Below, in pieces: positions 54,647-64,000 of a stretch of 64,000 bases of DNA (its first letter is position 1; each line of letters starts with the position of its first letter). Location: the NCBI GenBank assembly GCA_964497515.1, contig CAZCCV010000002.1:62252-126251 (forward strand), in the 5' to 3' direction. A program made the position numbers and the translations under genes. The notes beneath the pieces were generated by a model. It was not told where the DNA came from. It saw only the letters and a program-made list of their open reading frames with translations, and searched no databases. The DNA comes from an uncultured bacterium (lineage in GTDB: Bacteria; Armatimonadota; UBA5829; DTLH01).

Positions 54647-55659
54647 GTCTGCTCCGATTTGACGAATTGATAGGCCAGGATATGCCCTCTGCAGTGCTGC
54701 AGAGGGCAGTCCGCGACGATAGAGTATCCCACGCCTATCTTTTCACCGGATCGGAAGGAACCGGCAAGAAAACCGCTGCACTTGCGTTCGCTGCTGCCTT
54801 GAACTGTGAAAACGGAACTGAGACGGGCGATGCGTGCGGCGAGTGTGTTCAGTGCAGCATGCTCAAGCACGAAGGCCATCCTGATGTAGAAGTCATCTCC
54901 CCGGATGGTGCAATGACGAAGATTCAGCAGATGCGTGAGATGCGTTCAACTGCGCGATATGCGCCTGTTCGTGGCAGGTTCCGAGTCGTGATTGTCGAAC
55001 AGGCCGACACATTGAATGATGATTCATCAAACTGTATTCTGAAGATCCTCGAAGAGCCCCCGCGCTATCTGGTGCTGATTCTGCTGTCGCGAAACCCTGC
55101 GTTACTGCTTCAGACTATCAGGTCTCGTTGTGTCAACATTCGTTTTCCAAACTCTTCTCCTGAACTGCTTCGTGACGTACTGGTCGATCGATTTGGCGTA
55201 AGTGCAGAGGAAGCTGAGTTCGCCGCCAGATACTCTGACGGGAGGGCAGGCAAAGCGATCGGAATACTTCAAAACGAAGGCTTTCACGATTGGCGCAAAA
55301 GAATAGCTGATTTGGGCAGAAAGATGGTCTCATCGAATCGCCGTTCGACACTGCGTCTTGCTGAGGATTTTCGAGATATTGCTAGCGAAGGCAAAACAGA
55401 CGGAAAGACTCAACGCGAGGCTGTGAAGCCTGTGCTAGATGCCCTAATTGTCTGGTTCCGGGATCTGCTCAATTTGTCCATTAGAGGTGACGAAGCGGTA
55501 CTTGCAAATGCGGATTTGAGATACGAAATGTCGATGTTAGAGATTGATGCAAATCGAGTGCTCAAATCTATTGAGACACTGCTTTGGGCCAAACGTGCGA
55601 TTGAAGGCAATGCCAACCTTGAACTCGTTTCGGATGTAGCTGTAATTCGGATGATGTGA
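54643..55659 (+). CDS. holB: DNA polymerase III subunit delta'
   Basis: HAYLFTGSEGTGKKTAALAFAAALNCE (Walker A), zinc module CGECVQC, VVIVEQADTLN, sensor SRC motif (IRSRCVNIRF). Confidence 0.85.
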   Translation: MSLLRFDELIGQDMPSAVLQRAVRDDRVSHAYLFTGSEGTGKKTAALAFAAALNCENGTETGDACGECVQCSMLKHEGHPDVEVISPDGAMTKIQQMREMRSTARYAPVRGRFRVVIVEQADTLNDDSSNCILKILEEPPRYLVLILLSRNPALLLQTIRSRCVNIRFPNSSPELLRDVLVDRFGVSAEEAEFAARYSDGRAGKAIGILQNEGFHDWRKRIADLGRKMVSSNRRSTLRLAEDFRDIASEGKTDGKTQREAVKPVLDALIVWFRDLLNLSIRGDEAVLANADLRYEMSMLEIDANRVLKSIETLLWAKRAIEGNANLELVSDVAVIRMM

Positions 55660-55688
55660 AGGTGCTATCTGGAGAGTCTTGCGCGTAT

Positions 55689-57560
55689 TCAATCCAGTAA
55701 TTTGCATCGAGCGAGCTTTCCATTTGTTTCGGCTTTCTGCGCAGATTTCAGGCCTTCTTTCGCACTGATGAACTCCCCATTTATGCTGAGTGCCTTTTCG
55801 AAATTGGCGATAGCAAGCGATGTCATTCCTGCACTTGATTCCAGTTGTCCAAGCGCAGTATGAAACAGCGCATAGCGATTCGGGATTTCGCGCACGATGT
55901 CGTCGCCACGTATTGAGTTATCGTATATCCTTTGAAGACTATAAGCCGACCACAATCGTTCGTTGTAACGTATCAAAGCTGGCCAATTGAGCCTCGCAGC
56001 CTCAGCCTTTGTATAGACCCTGAATAGTGCGCCTTCTGGAACAAGCGTGTAGTCGCGCTCTATGTAGCGCACTACTGCATGAACAGTGTCGCCACCGCCG
56101 GTGCATGCGATATATACGGGTCGCTCCGTCATAATAGTCGCAACCGCTTCAGCCAATAGTCTTTCGCCTACCACTTCCTGCTTGCTGTATCGCTTGCTGA
56201 ACTGCTGAGAATGTGTCAGTGCGGGTGACATTTTACAGAGGTCTTGGAAGTAGTATTTGCCTATCCATTTGTTTGAACCGGATATCCATCCCTTCACGAT
56301 ATTCCGCTCAATCACCAGTACATCCGGTCTAAAGTTCTCTACTACCTGCAGGTAACGTACGCCGTTATAGGTTGCATCGCCACAAGCGATCAAAAGGGCG
56401 TTCGGATCCACTGTTCCTAGAGTGTTACGCGCATAGTCGATCACGAACAGACTGTGCCGTTTGTTCATATCTGAAAAGTGACCGAGTGATATTCCTACCA
56501 CGAGTGCAGCCATCGCCACAGGCAGAAGTCTTGGCATCTGCCGAAACACCGCTATTCGCATTACAGTATCAATGCCGAAAGCTGCACAGACTGAGAGCGC
56601 GATCATCGTGGGAAGATAGTAAGGCTCTATATCCGGAATTGCGTAGTTTATGGAGTAGGCTACGTCCAAAACGATTACAGCAAACATAGCGGCAAACACC
56701 GCACGCTGACGCAAGAGTATCATCAGCATTCCGATCGGCAACAACCAGATCAGAAATGGTGGAAAGTGTATAAGTACAAGCTTGAAAAGTTGTACTATAT
56801 TTGACAATGCTTCCGGTAACGATGCGCTGAACATTCTGCTTCTAAATGCACTGCCGGTGACGTGCCCGATGAAACCAGTGGCTTGGTAAACACTGCCCCA
56901 AATTGTTCCCGAGCTGGCTGCCGCACGAATCGGGATATATAGGTATAGAAGCAGTGGCAACAGAAAAGCCAATGCTGCAGAGAAGATTAATCGCGGGTTT
57001 GTGAACACTTTTCTGTTGTGCAGAAAGACTCCAATAGCGATTCCTGGCAGTATCAGAGCTGCAGTCAGATGGTTTGTAAGCGACAGCCCAGCAACTCCTG
57101 CTAGCCAGACCAGCAGGCGCTTCTCGCCGCTGTTCTTCCAGCGGAAAAACAGAAATAACTCAACAGAGAGTAGCAGCCCAGTAAGTGCGTGAATCTCGGC
57201 GCTGGTAGCGGCATCCCAGAACAAAGGCGATATACCGAATAGGACAGCTACGAATGCCGCTGTTCGTCTGCGAGAGGTTTCTGATAGCGCCACGAACAGC
57301 ATAGTTACCGCTCCGGCGGCTATCAATGCATTCATCGCGTTGATTCTCCAAGCTACGGATGCTACCGGAATCAGTATCGTTGCCAGTTTGCCGAGAATGC
57401 AGAAGAGTGGGTAGCCTGTTGGATGCGCGATCTGCAGCTTATACGCCGCCACGATTAGCTCACCACTGTCCATCGTGTACACGGTCGGACACATCGTTCC
57501 GAGATACAACGCCGACATCGCCAGGAACACGATAGCGGCGCCCAGTTTTTTGCTGAGCAT
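55689..57560 (-). CDS. DUF2723 (TMEM260-like) polytopic membrane protein with C-terminal TPR region; putative protein O-mannosyl/glycosyl-transferase
   Basis: N-terminus MDSGELIVAAYKLQIAHPTGYPLF matches the DUF2723 hallmark (D-x-GE...A..L.IAHPPGYPLF). About 12 TM helices, then a soluble C-terminal domain with TPR-like repeats. Confidence 0.6.
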   Translation of the reverse strand: MLSKKLGAAIVFLAMSALYLGTMCPTVYTMDSGELIVAAYKLQIAHPTGYPLFCILGKLATILIPVASVAWRINAMNALIAAGAVTMLFVALSETSRRRTAAFVAVLFGISPLFWDAATSAEIHALTGLLLSVELFLFFRWKNSGEKRLLVWLAGVAGLSLTNHLTAALILPGIAIGVFLHNRKVFTNPRLIFSAALAFLLPLLLYLYIPIRAAASSGTIWGSVYQATGFIGHVTGSAFRSRMFSASLPEALSNIVQLFKLVLIHFPPFLIWLLPIGMLMILLRQRAVFAAMFAVIVLDVAYSINYAIPDIEPYYLPTMIALSVCAAFGIDTVMRIAVFRQMPRLLPVAMAALVVGISLGHFSDMNKRHSLFVIDYARNTLGTVDPNALLIACGDATYNGVRYLQVVENFRPDVLVIERNIVKGWISGSNKWIGKYYFQDLCKMSPALTHSQQFSKRYSKQEVVGERLLAEAVATIMTERPVYIACTGGGDTVHAVVRYIERDYTLVPEGALFRVYTKAEAARLNWPALIRYNERLWSAYSLQRIYDNSIRGDDIVREIPNRYALFHTALGQLESSAGMTSLAIANFEKALSINGEFISAKEGLKSAQKAETNGKLARCKLLD

Positions 57561-57785
57561 CTGAGCCCTCCCTCAGTTGGCTAGTTCTAATCATCGGCAG
57601 ATTGCCCGTAACAGTGCAGATTGCGCAAAAAATGTCCAAGCACTAATGCCGGTTTTTCAGTTTGCTCCCGCTTGAAAGATCGAAATAGCAGAGCTTCACG
57701 CTCGCTTGGCACGAGTACTGCAGAGTTTTTGAACAGAAGTTCCCTCATAGAGCAGTAGACCGATTTGCTGGTCTCGACAGTGTAA

Positions 57786-59048
57786 GTGCGAAACGATAGC
57801 AGGGAAAAGATCCCTGAGCGTTTTCTAGAGAGGACTAAAGTGAACGCAGGCTGGAGCACTGGACTCATTGTAGAGCGCCTGAATGACGGATTGCCGCTCA
57901 TTTCAGCCGACCCTAACGGTTGGGACAGCGGATTCACGCTGAATCCCGCTGCAATCCGGCTCGACAGGTCACCTCTAAACGACTTTCTCATCAGCGGAAT
58001 GCTTGGTCCGGACGCTTTGTCCGACAGCAGGTTATCTGATGGGGTTGTCGTGGTGTACTACCGCGGTATTCCCAGCCAGAGCCCTGCAGATAAGAACCTG
58101 AGGTCTTCGGTCGGTATGGCTGTGTTCACTCCGGATATGCACTTAATCAAACGGTTTAGAGACCCAGTGGTACTTCCCACAAACGATCCCACGGGTTACG
58201 ATTATCAAGGTGTAGAAGATCAGCGCATAGCGCGAATCGGCGACACCTTCTATATGCTGTACTGCGGATATAACCCAAACCTTCCACCCTGGCACAATAT
58301 CCACATCTGTATGGCCAAGTCGAAGGATCTCATCAATTGGACGAAGTTGGGGCCAGTGAGAGGGAACGTAAACGATGTTCCCAACAAAGATGCCGTGATG
58401 CTCGGTGAACCTGTAGACGGTAACTACTTCATGCTTCATCGCCCTTGTATTGGAGAACAGGGCCGCCTGAGCATTTCTCTTGCCATAAGCGACTCACCCA
58501 CAGGCGTCTGGAGAGACCTTGGGGTCATAATGCGACCAATCCGACACCCAAAGTACTCTTGTTCGTGGGTTGGAGCTGGTTCCACGCCAATTGCTCTCGG
58601 AGACGGACGGTTTCTGTGTGATTATCACACGGGCAATTACTATTCGTCTGGAGAGAGAGACTACTTCGTCAGCTTTGCAGTGTTGAACTTCAACAACTTC
58701 GACATTTGTCGCTCAGAACAGATAGTTGAAAGCCGCTGTGAAGCCGTGATTGTGCCCGAAACTGAATACGAGCTCAATTCGCCGTGGCCACACGACAAAA
58801 ACCTAAATTGCGTCTTTCCATGCGGTAGCTATAGCCGCGATGGTGATATAGTACTCATCTACGGCGGTGCAGATGCCTACGTGCTCGCCGCTCGACTAAA
58901 GAAAAACGAGCTCATCTCGCATTTGGATGCAATAGCCGCTTTCCGCAGCACACAATACTTGCGGGGAAGTAGTGACGCTCGCGTGCCGAAAAGTAGGCAG
59001 GTGTATTCAGGAATCTCCCAGAACCTCGCTGACACCGTCAAAGAATAG
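57786..59048 (+). CDS. Glycoside hydrolase family 130-like / DUF377 beta-propeller protein (putative beta-mannoside phosphorylase)
   Basis: SGFTLNPAAIRLD resembles the GH130 FNPAAV motif, and IYGGADAYVLAARL near the C-terminus resembles the GH130 C-terminal blade. Convergent with pfkA, divergent from the DUF2723 gene. Confidence 0.45.
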   Translation: MRNDSREKIPERFLERTKVNAGWSTGLIVERLNDGLPLISADPNGWDSGFTLNPAAIRLDRSPLNDFLISGMLGPDALSDSRLSDGVVVVYYRGIPSQSPADKNLRSSVGMAVFTPDMHLIKRFRDPVVLPTNDPTGYDYQGVEDQRIARIGDTFYMLYCGYNPNLPPWHNIHICMAKSKDLINWTKLGPVRGNVNDVPNKDAVMLGEPVDGNYFMLHRPCIGEQGRLSISLAISDSPTGVWRDLGVIMRPIRHPKYSCSWVGAGSTPIALGDGRFLCDYHTGNYYSSGERDYFVSFAVLNFNNFDICRSEQIVESRCEAVIVPETEYELNSPWPHDKNLNCVFPCGSYSRDGDIVLIYGGADAYVLAARLKKNELISHLDAIAAFRSTQYLRGSSDARVPKSRQVYSGISQNLADTVKE

Positions 59049-59055
59049 CCGAAGA

Positions 59056-60033
59056 CTACATCGCTAGAGGTTCCACAAGCTGTAGAATGTCTTTTCTGAG
59101 CTCGACTGGTGAATTCATGACTTCCTCAAGTTCTCTGTGTTCGATCCGATCCGAATGCAAACACATCATTTTTCCCGACACTCCTCGCATCAACTGAGAG
59201 ACGGCAGCAGCTCCAAATCTGGTTCCTAACAGTCTATCGAATGCGGTGGGGGAACCCCCTCGTTGAACATGACCCAAAACGGTAATTCTAGGGTCATAGC
59301 CAGCGTCCCTTATCGCTTTTGAGATCACTTCTCTTACAGGGGTCTCACAGTCCATGCAAGCACCCTCTGCCACCATCACTATGTAGTGTGGTTTTCCACG
59401 CAGGAATGCCGACTTAACACATTTGGAAATCGCTGCAATGTCGACCTTGGTATTTGGGAGGATTATCTGCTCGGCTCCTCCTGCCACTCCTGCCATTAGT
59501 GCCAGATAACCGTGTTTTCGCCCCATAACCTCGATCACAAATGCACGCTGGTGTGCACTTGCGGTGTCTTTGATCTTATCTACGGCATCAAGAATAGTAT
59601 TGAGAGCAGTATCAACTCCGATTGCCATCTCGGTTAGAGGGACGTCGTTATCGATCGAAGCAGGCACGCCTATGGTCGGCACACCTAGTTCGTGCAGCGT
59701 CTTTGCTCCGCGCAGTGAACCGTCTCCACCGATTACCACAACACCCTCGACACCCCAGGCAGAGAGCGTATCAAGCGCCTTCTGTTGCCCTTCTTCTTCG
59801 TAGAAGCCATTAGCACGCGCAGACATAAGCATCGTGCCACCTTGCCTCAGAATGCCGCCTACGGTTCGGCTGTCCATCTCTATAACATCATTTGAAATCA
59901 GGCCGGCAAATCCGCGCCTAATCCCCATCATACTTGCACCGTGAGCCAGCCCCGTGCGGACGACAGACCTGACACAGGCGTTCATTCCGGAAGCGTCTCC
60001 ACCACTTGTAATTACAGCGATTCGTTTAAGCAT
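59056..60033 (-). CDS. pfkA: ATP-dependent 6-phosphofructokinase
   Basis: RIAVITSGGDASGMNA, VVIGGDGSLRGA, IGVPASIDND, EVMGRKHGYLAL. Confidence 0.9.
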   Translation of the reverse strand: MLKRIAVITSGGDASGMNACVRSVVRTGLAHGASMMGIRRGFAGLISNDVIEMDSRTVGGILRQGGTMLMSARANGFYEEEGQQKALDTLSAWGVEGVVVIGGDGSLRGAKTLHELGVPTIGVPASIDNDVPLTEMAIGVDTALNTILDAVDKIKDTASAHQRAFVIEVMGRKHGYLALMAGVAGGAEQIILPNTKVDIAAISKCVKSAFLRGKPHYIVMVAEGACMDCETPVREVISKAIRDAGYDPRITVLGHVQRGGSPTAFDRLLGTRFGAAAVSQLMRGVSGKMMCLHSDRIEHRELEEVMNSPVELRKDILQLVEPLAM

Positions 60034-60310
60034 AGTTTTGTACCATTTGAGGGTTCGCCGCCTGTGTCAAAGGTTCCTGCATAACTGGCCGGGAAATAGA
60101 GTCATTTTCCGTTAGCACAGCAGCATTTGATTCTGTCCAGTTCATCCATATTCGGGAAATTGTCGATCAACTGGCTGATGGGTTTGTATGAAGCGATTTA
60201 GGGTATATAGCTGCCTGAGCCCGCTTCGAGAGTATAGAATACCTGCGGCGGCAGCCGAAAAGTATTGCTCTGTATCCACACAGGCGCGGGCCCTCGCAGA
60301 GGAGACGAAC

Positions 60311-60787
60311 GTGCAGCGAACCCAGCAAGGTGGAATAGTGCTGGCGAGGCTCGATGATGTAGTGAGGTGGGCTGAACGATCATCGCTCTGGCCGCTGATG
60401 ATGGGGCTCGCATGCTGCGCTATCGAAATGATGGCTACAGCAGCATCTCGGTACGATATCGCCAGATTTGGGGCGGAACTCTTCCGTCCATCGCCACGCC
60501 AGGCAGACCTTATGATTGTTTCAGGCCGTCTGTGCCTCAAAATGATCCCCGTGGCCAGAAGACTCTACGACCAAATGCCCGAGCCGAAATGGGTGGTCTC
60601 TATGGGCGCGTGCGCGTCGACATCAGGGTTGTTCAGCAACTATGCAGTGCTAAACGGTGTCGACAAAATGCTTCCAGTTGATGTCTACATCCCAGGATGT
60701 CCACCGAGTCCTGATATGTTGCTTCAAGCACTCGTACGCCTTCAAGACAAGATTCGGAGCGGAGAAGCTCCGGGACGCGAAGTATGA
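60311..60787 (+). CDS. nuoB: NADH-quinone oxidoreductase subunit B
   Basis: [28 protein letters not shown] are the N2-cluster Cys motifs. GTG 60311 (GAGGAG RBS) gives the canonical length; the track ORF 60188..60787 carries a likely non-coding N-extension. Confidence 0.85.
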   Translation: MQRTQQGGIVLARLDDVVRWAERSSLWPLMMGLACCAIEMMATAASRYDIARFGAELFRPSPRQADLMIVSGRLCLKMIPVARRLYDQMPEPKWVVSMGACASTSGLFSNYAVLNGVDKMLPVDVYIPGCPPSPDMLLQALVRLQDKIRSGEAPGREV

Positions 60788-62547
60788 CCCAGTCTGTTAT
60801 CACAAAAGACAAAGTGCCAGAAGCGGTTCAGCGTGCCCGAGAGTTGGGAAGCCGTGATTCTACACTATATGCGGCATGCGAAGCCGTAGAACCGCTCTGC
60901 CGCGCCATGCGCCGTGACCAAACTCTGAACTTCAACTTTCTTGCAGATATAACTGCTGTAGACTATTACACTCGTTCACCCAGATTCGACGTTGTCTACC
61001 GAATACACTCAATTCCAGACGGACGGCGACTCTGTATTAAGACTGCAGTAGATGCTGATGACGCAGTGGAGAGCGTGACATCTATCTGGAAGAATGCAAA
61101 CTGGCTGGAACGTGAAGTCTACGATATGTTCGGCATACGATTCAACGGACACCCCGATCTGCGCCGTATTCTGATGCCTGCAAACTGGATTGGTCATCCC
61201 TTCAGAAAGGATCATCCGCTCGGCGGAGAGGAAGTTCAGTTTACAACTAACACTGGAGACATAATTCCTCAGACTGACTTCTTAAACGAATGCTTTGATG
61301 GGATGGATTTTGCAGGTTGGGTGGAGCAGGGGGACACCATAAACACAAATGCAGGTGCGGCCCGAATGCTCAAATACGAGGAAGAGGGCAAGCTGGTGTT
61401 AAACCTCGGTCCCCAGCACCCCAGCACCCACGGAGTCCTGAGAGTCATTTTGGCGCTGGATGGTGAGTCCGTTGTCGATGCAGATCTCGACATCGGTTAC
61501 GTACATACCGGCATAGAGAAACAAGCTGAGCACTTAACATATCAGCAGGCTGTTACAGTCACCGACCGAATGGATTATGTTGCTCCACTGATGAATAACC
61601 TTGCGTATGTGCTTTCTGTGGAGAAGCTGCTCGGCATTGAAATCCCGCCTCGTGGTCAGTACCTGAGGGTGCTTCTGAATGAGCTTACCAGAATAGCAAG
61701 TCATCTTGTATGGCTTGGTACTCACGGTTTGGAGTTAGGCGCAAATACTCTGTTCCTCTATTGTTTTCGCGAAAGAGAGCTACTACTAGATATTTTTGAG
61801 CTGCTCTCTGGGCAGCGAATGATGACCAGTTGGATCAACGTCGGCGGCCTGCGTGATGATATCCCGCACGGCTTCATCGATATGGTTCGCCATTTCGTGG
61901 ATACTTTTCCAGATAAACTGGGCGATTACCATGCGCTTCTAACTCGCAACCCCATTTGGGTGAAGCGAACACACGGCATAGGTTATCTTAGCGCTGAGGA
62001 TGCTCTCGCCTATGGTGTCTCCGGTCCTATCCTTCGTGCTGCTGGTGTTGCGTTCGACTGCCGTAAGGCTTGGCCGTACAGTTCTTACGAAGACTTCGAT
62101 TTCGATATTCCAGTTGGTAAGAACAGTGATGTATACGACAGATACCTGGTGCGTATGGAGGAGATGCGGCAGAGCTTGAGAATCATCGAGCAGGTGCTAT
62201 CCAAGCTCCCATCTGGCAATTACCGCGTTGAAGACTACAAAGTCGTTCTGCCTCCCAGACAACGTCTAGATGTGAGTATGGAGGCTCTAATCTATCATTT
62301 TCTCGTTGCTACTCAGGGATTCTTCACACCTGCCGGGGATGCCTACGTAAGCTGTGAGGGTTCGCGCGGGGAGACGGGGTTTTATGTTGTGAGCGATGGT
62401 GGAACGAAGCCATACCGAATGCATATGCGTTCGGCGTCGCTCTCCACCCTTCAGAGTATGCCGCTTATGGTGCGCGGACAGCTTTTAGCAGACGTAATCT
62501 CCGTGCTTGGCAGCATCGATATGGTCATGGGAGAAGTGGATAGATAG
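60784..62547 (+). CDS. nuoC: NADH-quinone oxidoreductase fused subunit C/D
   Basis: N-terminal about 170 aa is NuoC-like ([36 protein letters not shown]); the remainder is NuoD ([16 protein letters not shown], quinone-site region). Start overlaps the nuoB stop by 4 nt. Confidence 0.9.
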   Translation: MTQSVITKDKVPEAVQRARELGSRDSTLYAACEAVEPLCRAMRRDQTLNFNFLADITAVDYYTRSPRFDVVYRIHSIPDGRRLCIKTAVDADDAVESVTSIWKNANWLEREVYDMFGIRFNGHPDLRRILMPANWIGHPFRKDHPLGGEEVQFTTNTGDIIPQTDFLNECFDGMDFAGWVEQGDTINTNAGAARMLKYEEEGKLVLNLGPQHPSTHGVLRVILALDGESVVDADLDIGYVHTGIEKQAEHLTYQQAVTVTDRMDYVAPLMNNLAYVLSVEKLLGIEIPPRGQYLRVLLNELTRIASHLVWLGTHGLELGANTLFLYCFRERELLLDIFELLSGQRMMTSWINVGGLRDDIPHGFIDMVRHFVDTFPDKLGDYHALLTRNPIWVKRTHGIGYLSAEDALAYGVSGPILRAAGVAFDCRKAWPYSSYEDFDFDIPVGKNSDVYDRYLVRMEEMRQSLRIIEQVLSKLPSGNYRVEDYKVVLPPRQRLDVSMEALIYHFLVATQGFFTPAGDAYVSCEGSRGETGFYVVSDGGTKPYRMHMRSASLSTLQSMPLMVRGQLLADVISVLGSIDMVMGEVDR

Positions 62548-62567
62548 GCTCAGAGGCTGAATCAGTT

Positions 62568-64000
62568 ATGGCAGATGATGTAACACTCACAATCGACGGT
62601 TTGCTGATAACAGTTCCCAAGGGCACGCTGCTCATTGAAGCGGCAAAACAGCTCGGAATTGATATTCCGGTCTTCTGCTATCATCACAAGCTCGAACCTG
62701 TCGGAGCCTGTCGACAGTGTCTGGTCGATATTGAAGGTTATCCGAAGCCGCAGGCATCGTGTTCAGTTCCGGTTGCAGAGGGAATGGTTGTGCATACCGA
62801 CACGCCAGGAGTAAAGCAGTATCGACAGAGCGTATTAGAGTTTCTGTTGCTGAATCACCCGCTTGACTGTCCTGTCTGTGACCGGGGCGGAGAGTGTATG
62901 CTGCAGGACAATACTATGAAATATGGTCCGCCAGATTCACGTTTTGAGCAAGAAAAACGCCATTACGAAAAGCCCGTGGCACTCTCAGCACTGGTTGTGC
63001 TCGACCGAGAGCGCTGCATCCAATGCTTTCGCTGTGTCAGATTTCAACGTGAGATAGCTCATCAGCCCGATATACAGATGCTAGACCGCGGATTTGGCGA
63101 TTATATCGCCACCTTCCCTGGAAAACCATTCGAACCCAACTTTTCTGGTAACACAATAGAGCTCTGTCCTGTCGGTGCGTTGCTGTCGAGTGTGTTTCGG
63201 TTCAGGGGACGGCCTTGGGAGCTTTCAAAAACGGAGAGTATCTGCCCCAACTGCGGAGTTGGGTGCAATATCGAAATAAGCGACCGGCGTAAACGGCGTG
63301 TAGTTCGGTATCTGGCTCGCACCAACGAGGAAGTAAATGAGTGCTGGATATGTGACCGTGGGCGCTTCGATTCTCTGTTCATTAACTCTCCTGAGAGGTT
63401 GACGAAGTCTCTTGTCCGCAAGAACGGCGAATTGGTAGAGAGCGATTGGGAAGAAGCCATTTCTGCGGCTATTCAGGGGATGCGTTCTGCAGGCGGGCGT
63501 GCCGGAGCGCTCGGTTCACCCAAGCGTTCGAATGAGCAGAACTATCTTCTGCAGAAATTTATGAGGCTCGCCATTGGTTCTAACCACATAGACTTTTCGA
63601 CAGAACAGCGGCCGGAGGGTATGGCAGATGCTTTGGCTTTAGCTATGAGTTCTGGGTTGCTGAATGGCTCCATTGCTGATATAGCTAGCTCTGATGTCAC
63701 TGTCTCTCTTGGAATGGATATAAGCCGTGATCTGCCTCTCATCGATTTGTGGGTAAAACGAGCAGTTACAAAACTCGGCAGGGAGTTCATATTCGCTTAC
63801 CCGCTTTCTGCGGAGCTCTCTTCATTCGCTTCCATGTTTCTCCCATATAAGCACGGAGACGAGCGTGAGTTCATTCAGTCATTTGCCGCTGCCGTGTCGA
63901 AAGAGGGCTCAAATTCTGCTGCGGGGGTTAGAAGAGAGCAGTTTGAAGAGGTTTTATGCACTATCGAAGGAGCAGACTCTGTAGCACTGCTTTTATCGAG
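62568..64000 (+). CDS. nuoG: NuoG-like 75-kDa Fe-S subunit (2Fe-2S ferredoxin-type + 4Fe-4S domains), 3' end outside the window
   Basis: ATG 62568: ITVPKGTLLIEAAKQLGIDIPVFCYHHKLEPVGACRQCLVDIEG (2Fe-2S), HPLDCPVCDRGGECMLQD (4Fe-4S, His-ligated N7/N5 type), CIQCFRCVRF. Frame still open at 64000. The same N-terminal module occurs in Fdh/[FeFe]-hydrogenase large subunits, so nuoG is assigned by position. Confidence 0.65.
   Translation, partial: MADDVTLTIDGLLITVPKGTLLIEAAKQLGIDIPVFCYHHKLEPVGACRQCLVDIEGYPKPQASCSVPVAEGMVVHTDTPGVKQYRQSVLEFLLLNHPLDCPVCDRGGECMLQDNTMKYGPPDSRFEQEKRHYEKPVALSALVVLDRERCIQCFRCVRFQREIAHQPDIQMLDRGFGDYIATFPGKPFEPNFSGNTIELCPVGALLSSVFRFRGRPWELSKTESICPNCGVGCNIEISDRRKRRVVRYLARTNEEVNECWICDRGRFDSLFINSPERLTKSLVRKNGELVESDWEEAISAAIQGMRSAGGRAGALGSPKRSNEQNYLLQKFMRLAIGSNHIDFSTEQRPEGMADALALAMSSGLLNGSIADIASSDVTVSLGMDISRDLPLIDLWVKRAVTKLGREFIFAYPLSAELSSFASMFLPYKHGDEREFIQSFAAAVSKEGSNSAAGVRREQFEEVLCTIEGADSVALLLS

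Noticed and set aside
60188-60310. N-terminal extension of nuoB
   Set aside because: NuoB homologues start about 25 residues before the CCAIEMM motif; GTG 60311 with a GAGGAG RBS fits. The upstream part ([28 protein letters not shown]) is atypical.
1-64000. CRISPR arrays, rRNA genes, transposases/integrases, prophage or plasmid genes
   Set aside because: I read through all intergenic regions. No regularly spaced direct repeats, no IS-type ORFs (DDE/tyrosine recombinase motifs) and no rRNA-like conserved blocks were seen. Gene content is chromosomal housekeeping throughout.

Overview
This 64 kb window is a gene-dense chromosomal segment (roughly 52% GC by eye) from a diderm-type bacterium. 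Lineage markers (two PEP-CTERM proteins; a prepilin with C-terminal H-X9-DG tail typical of Planctomycetota/Verrucomicrobiota/Armatimonadota) suggest a PVC- or Armatimonadota-like organism. Most of it is housekeeping: alaS-[751-aa membrane protein]-ruvX-mltG-yqeG-aroE; hemW; bfr; folM-like SDR-folB-folK; selA plus tRNA-Leu(CAG); tilS; gatCAB; rodZ-like; surE; the pdhA-pdhB-E2 operon; darA-holB; pfkA; nuoB-nuoCD-nuoG-like (truncated at the window end). The standout is a ~17 kb type IV pilus locus (11.5-28.9 kb). It runs pilB-pilT-pilC-pilD, a terminator, an H-X9-DG prepilin, three giant pilin-like proteins (552/611/926 aa; PilV-, PilW- and PilX/GspK-like), and a 1491-aa secreted multi-beta-propeller protein in the position of PilY1. 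Other oddities: a 751-aa membrane protein with a periplasmic alkaline-phosphatase-like domain wedged into the normally conserved alaS-ruvX-mltG block; a ~500-nt structured leader or ncRNA candidate upstream of a PEP-CTERM gene; a partner-switching pair (RsbW-like kinase, STAS protein) with a TPR/degenerate-protease protein; a secreted Arg/Ser/Tyr-rich NTF2-like protein; and a DUF2723 (TMEM260-like) membrane protein divergent from a GH130-like gene. I saw no rRNA, CRISPR array, transposase, integrase or phage genes. All calls come from reading the sequence and ORF translations against remembered family motifs; no database search was possible.
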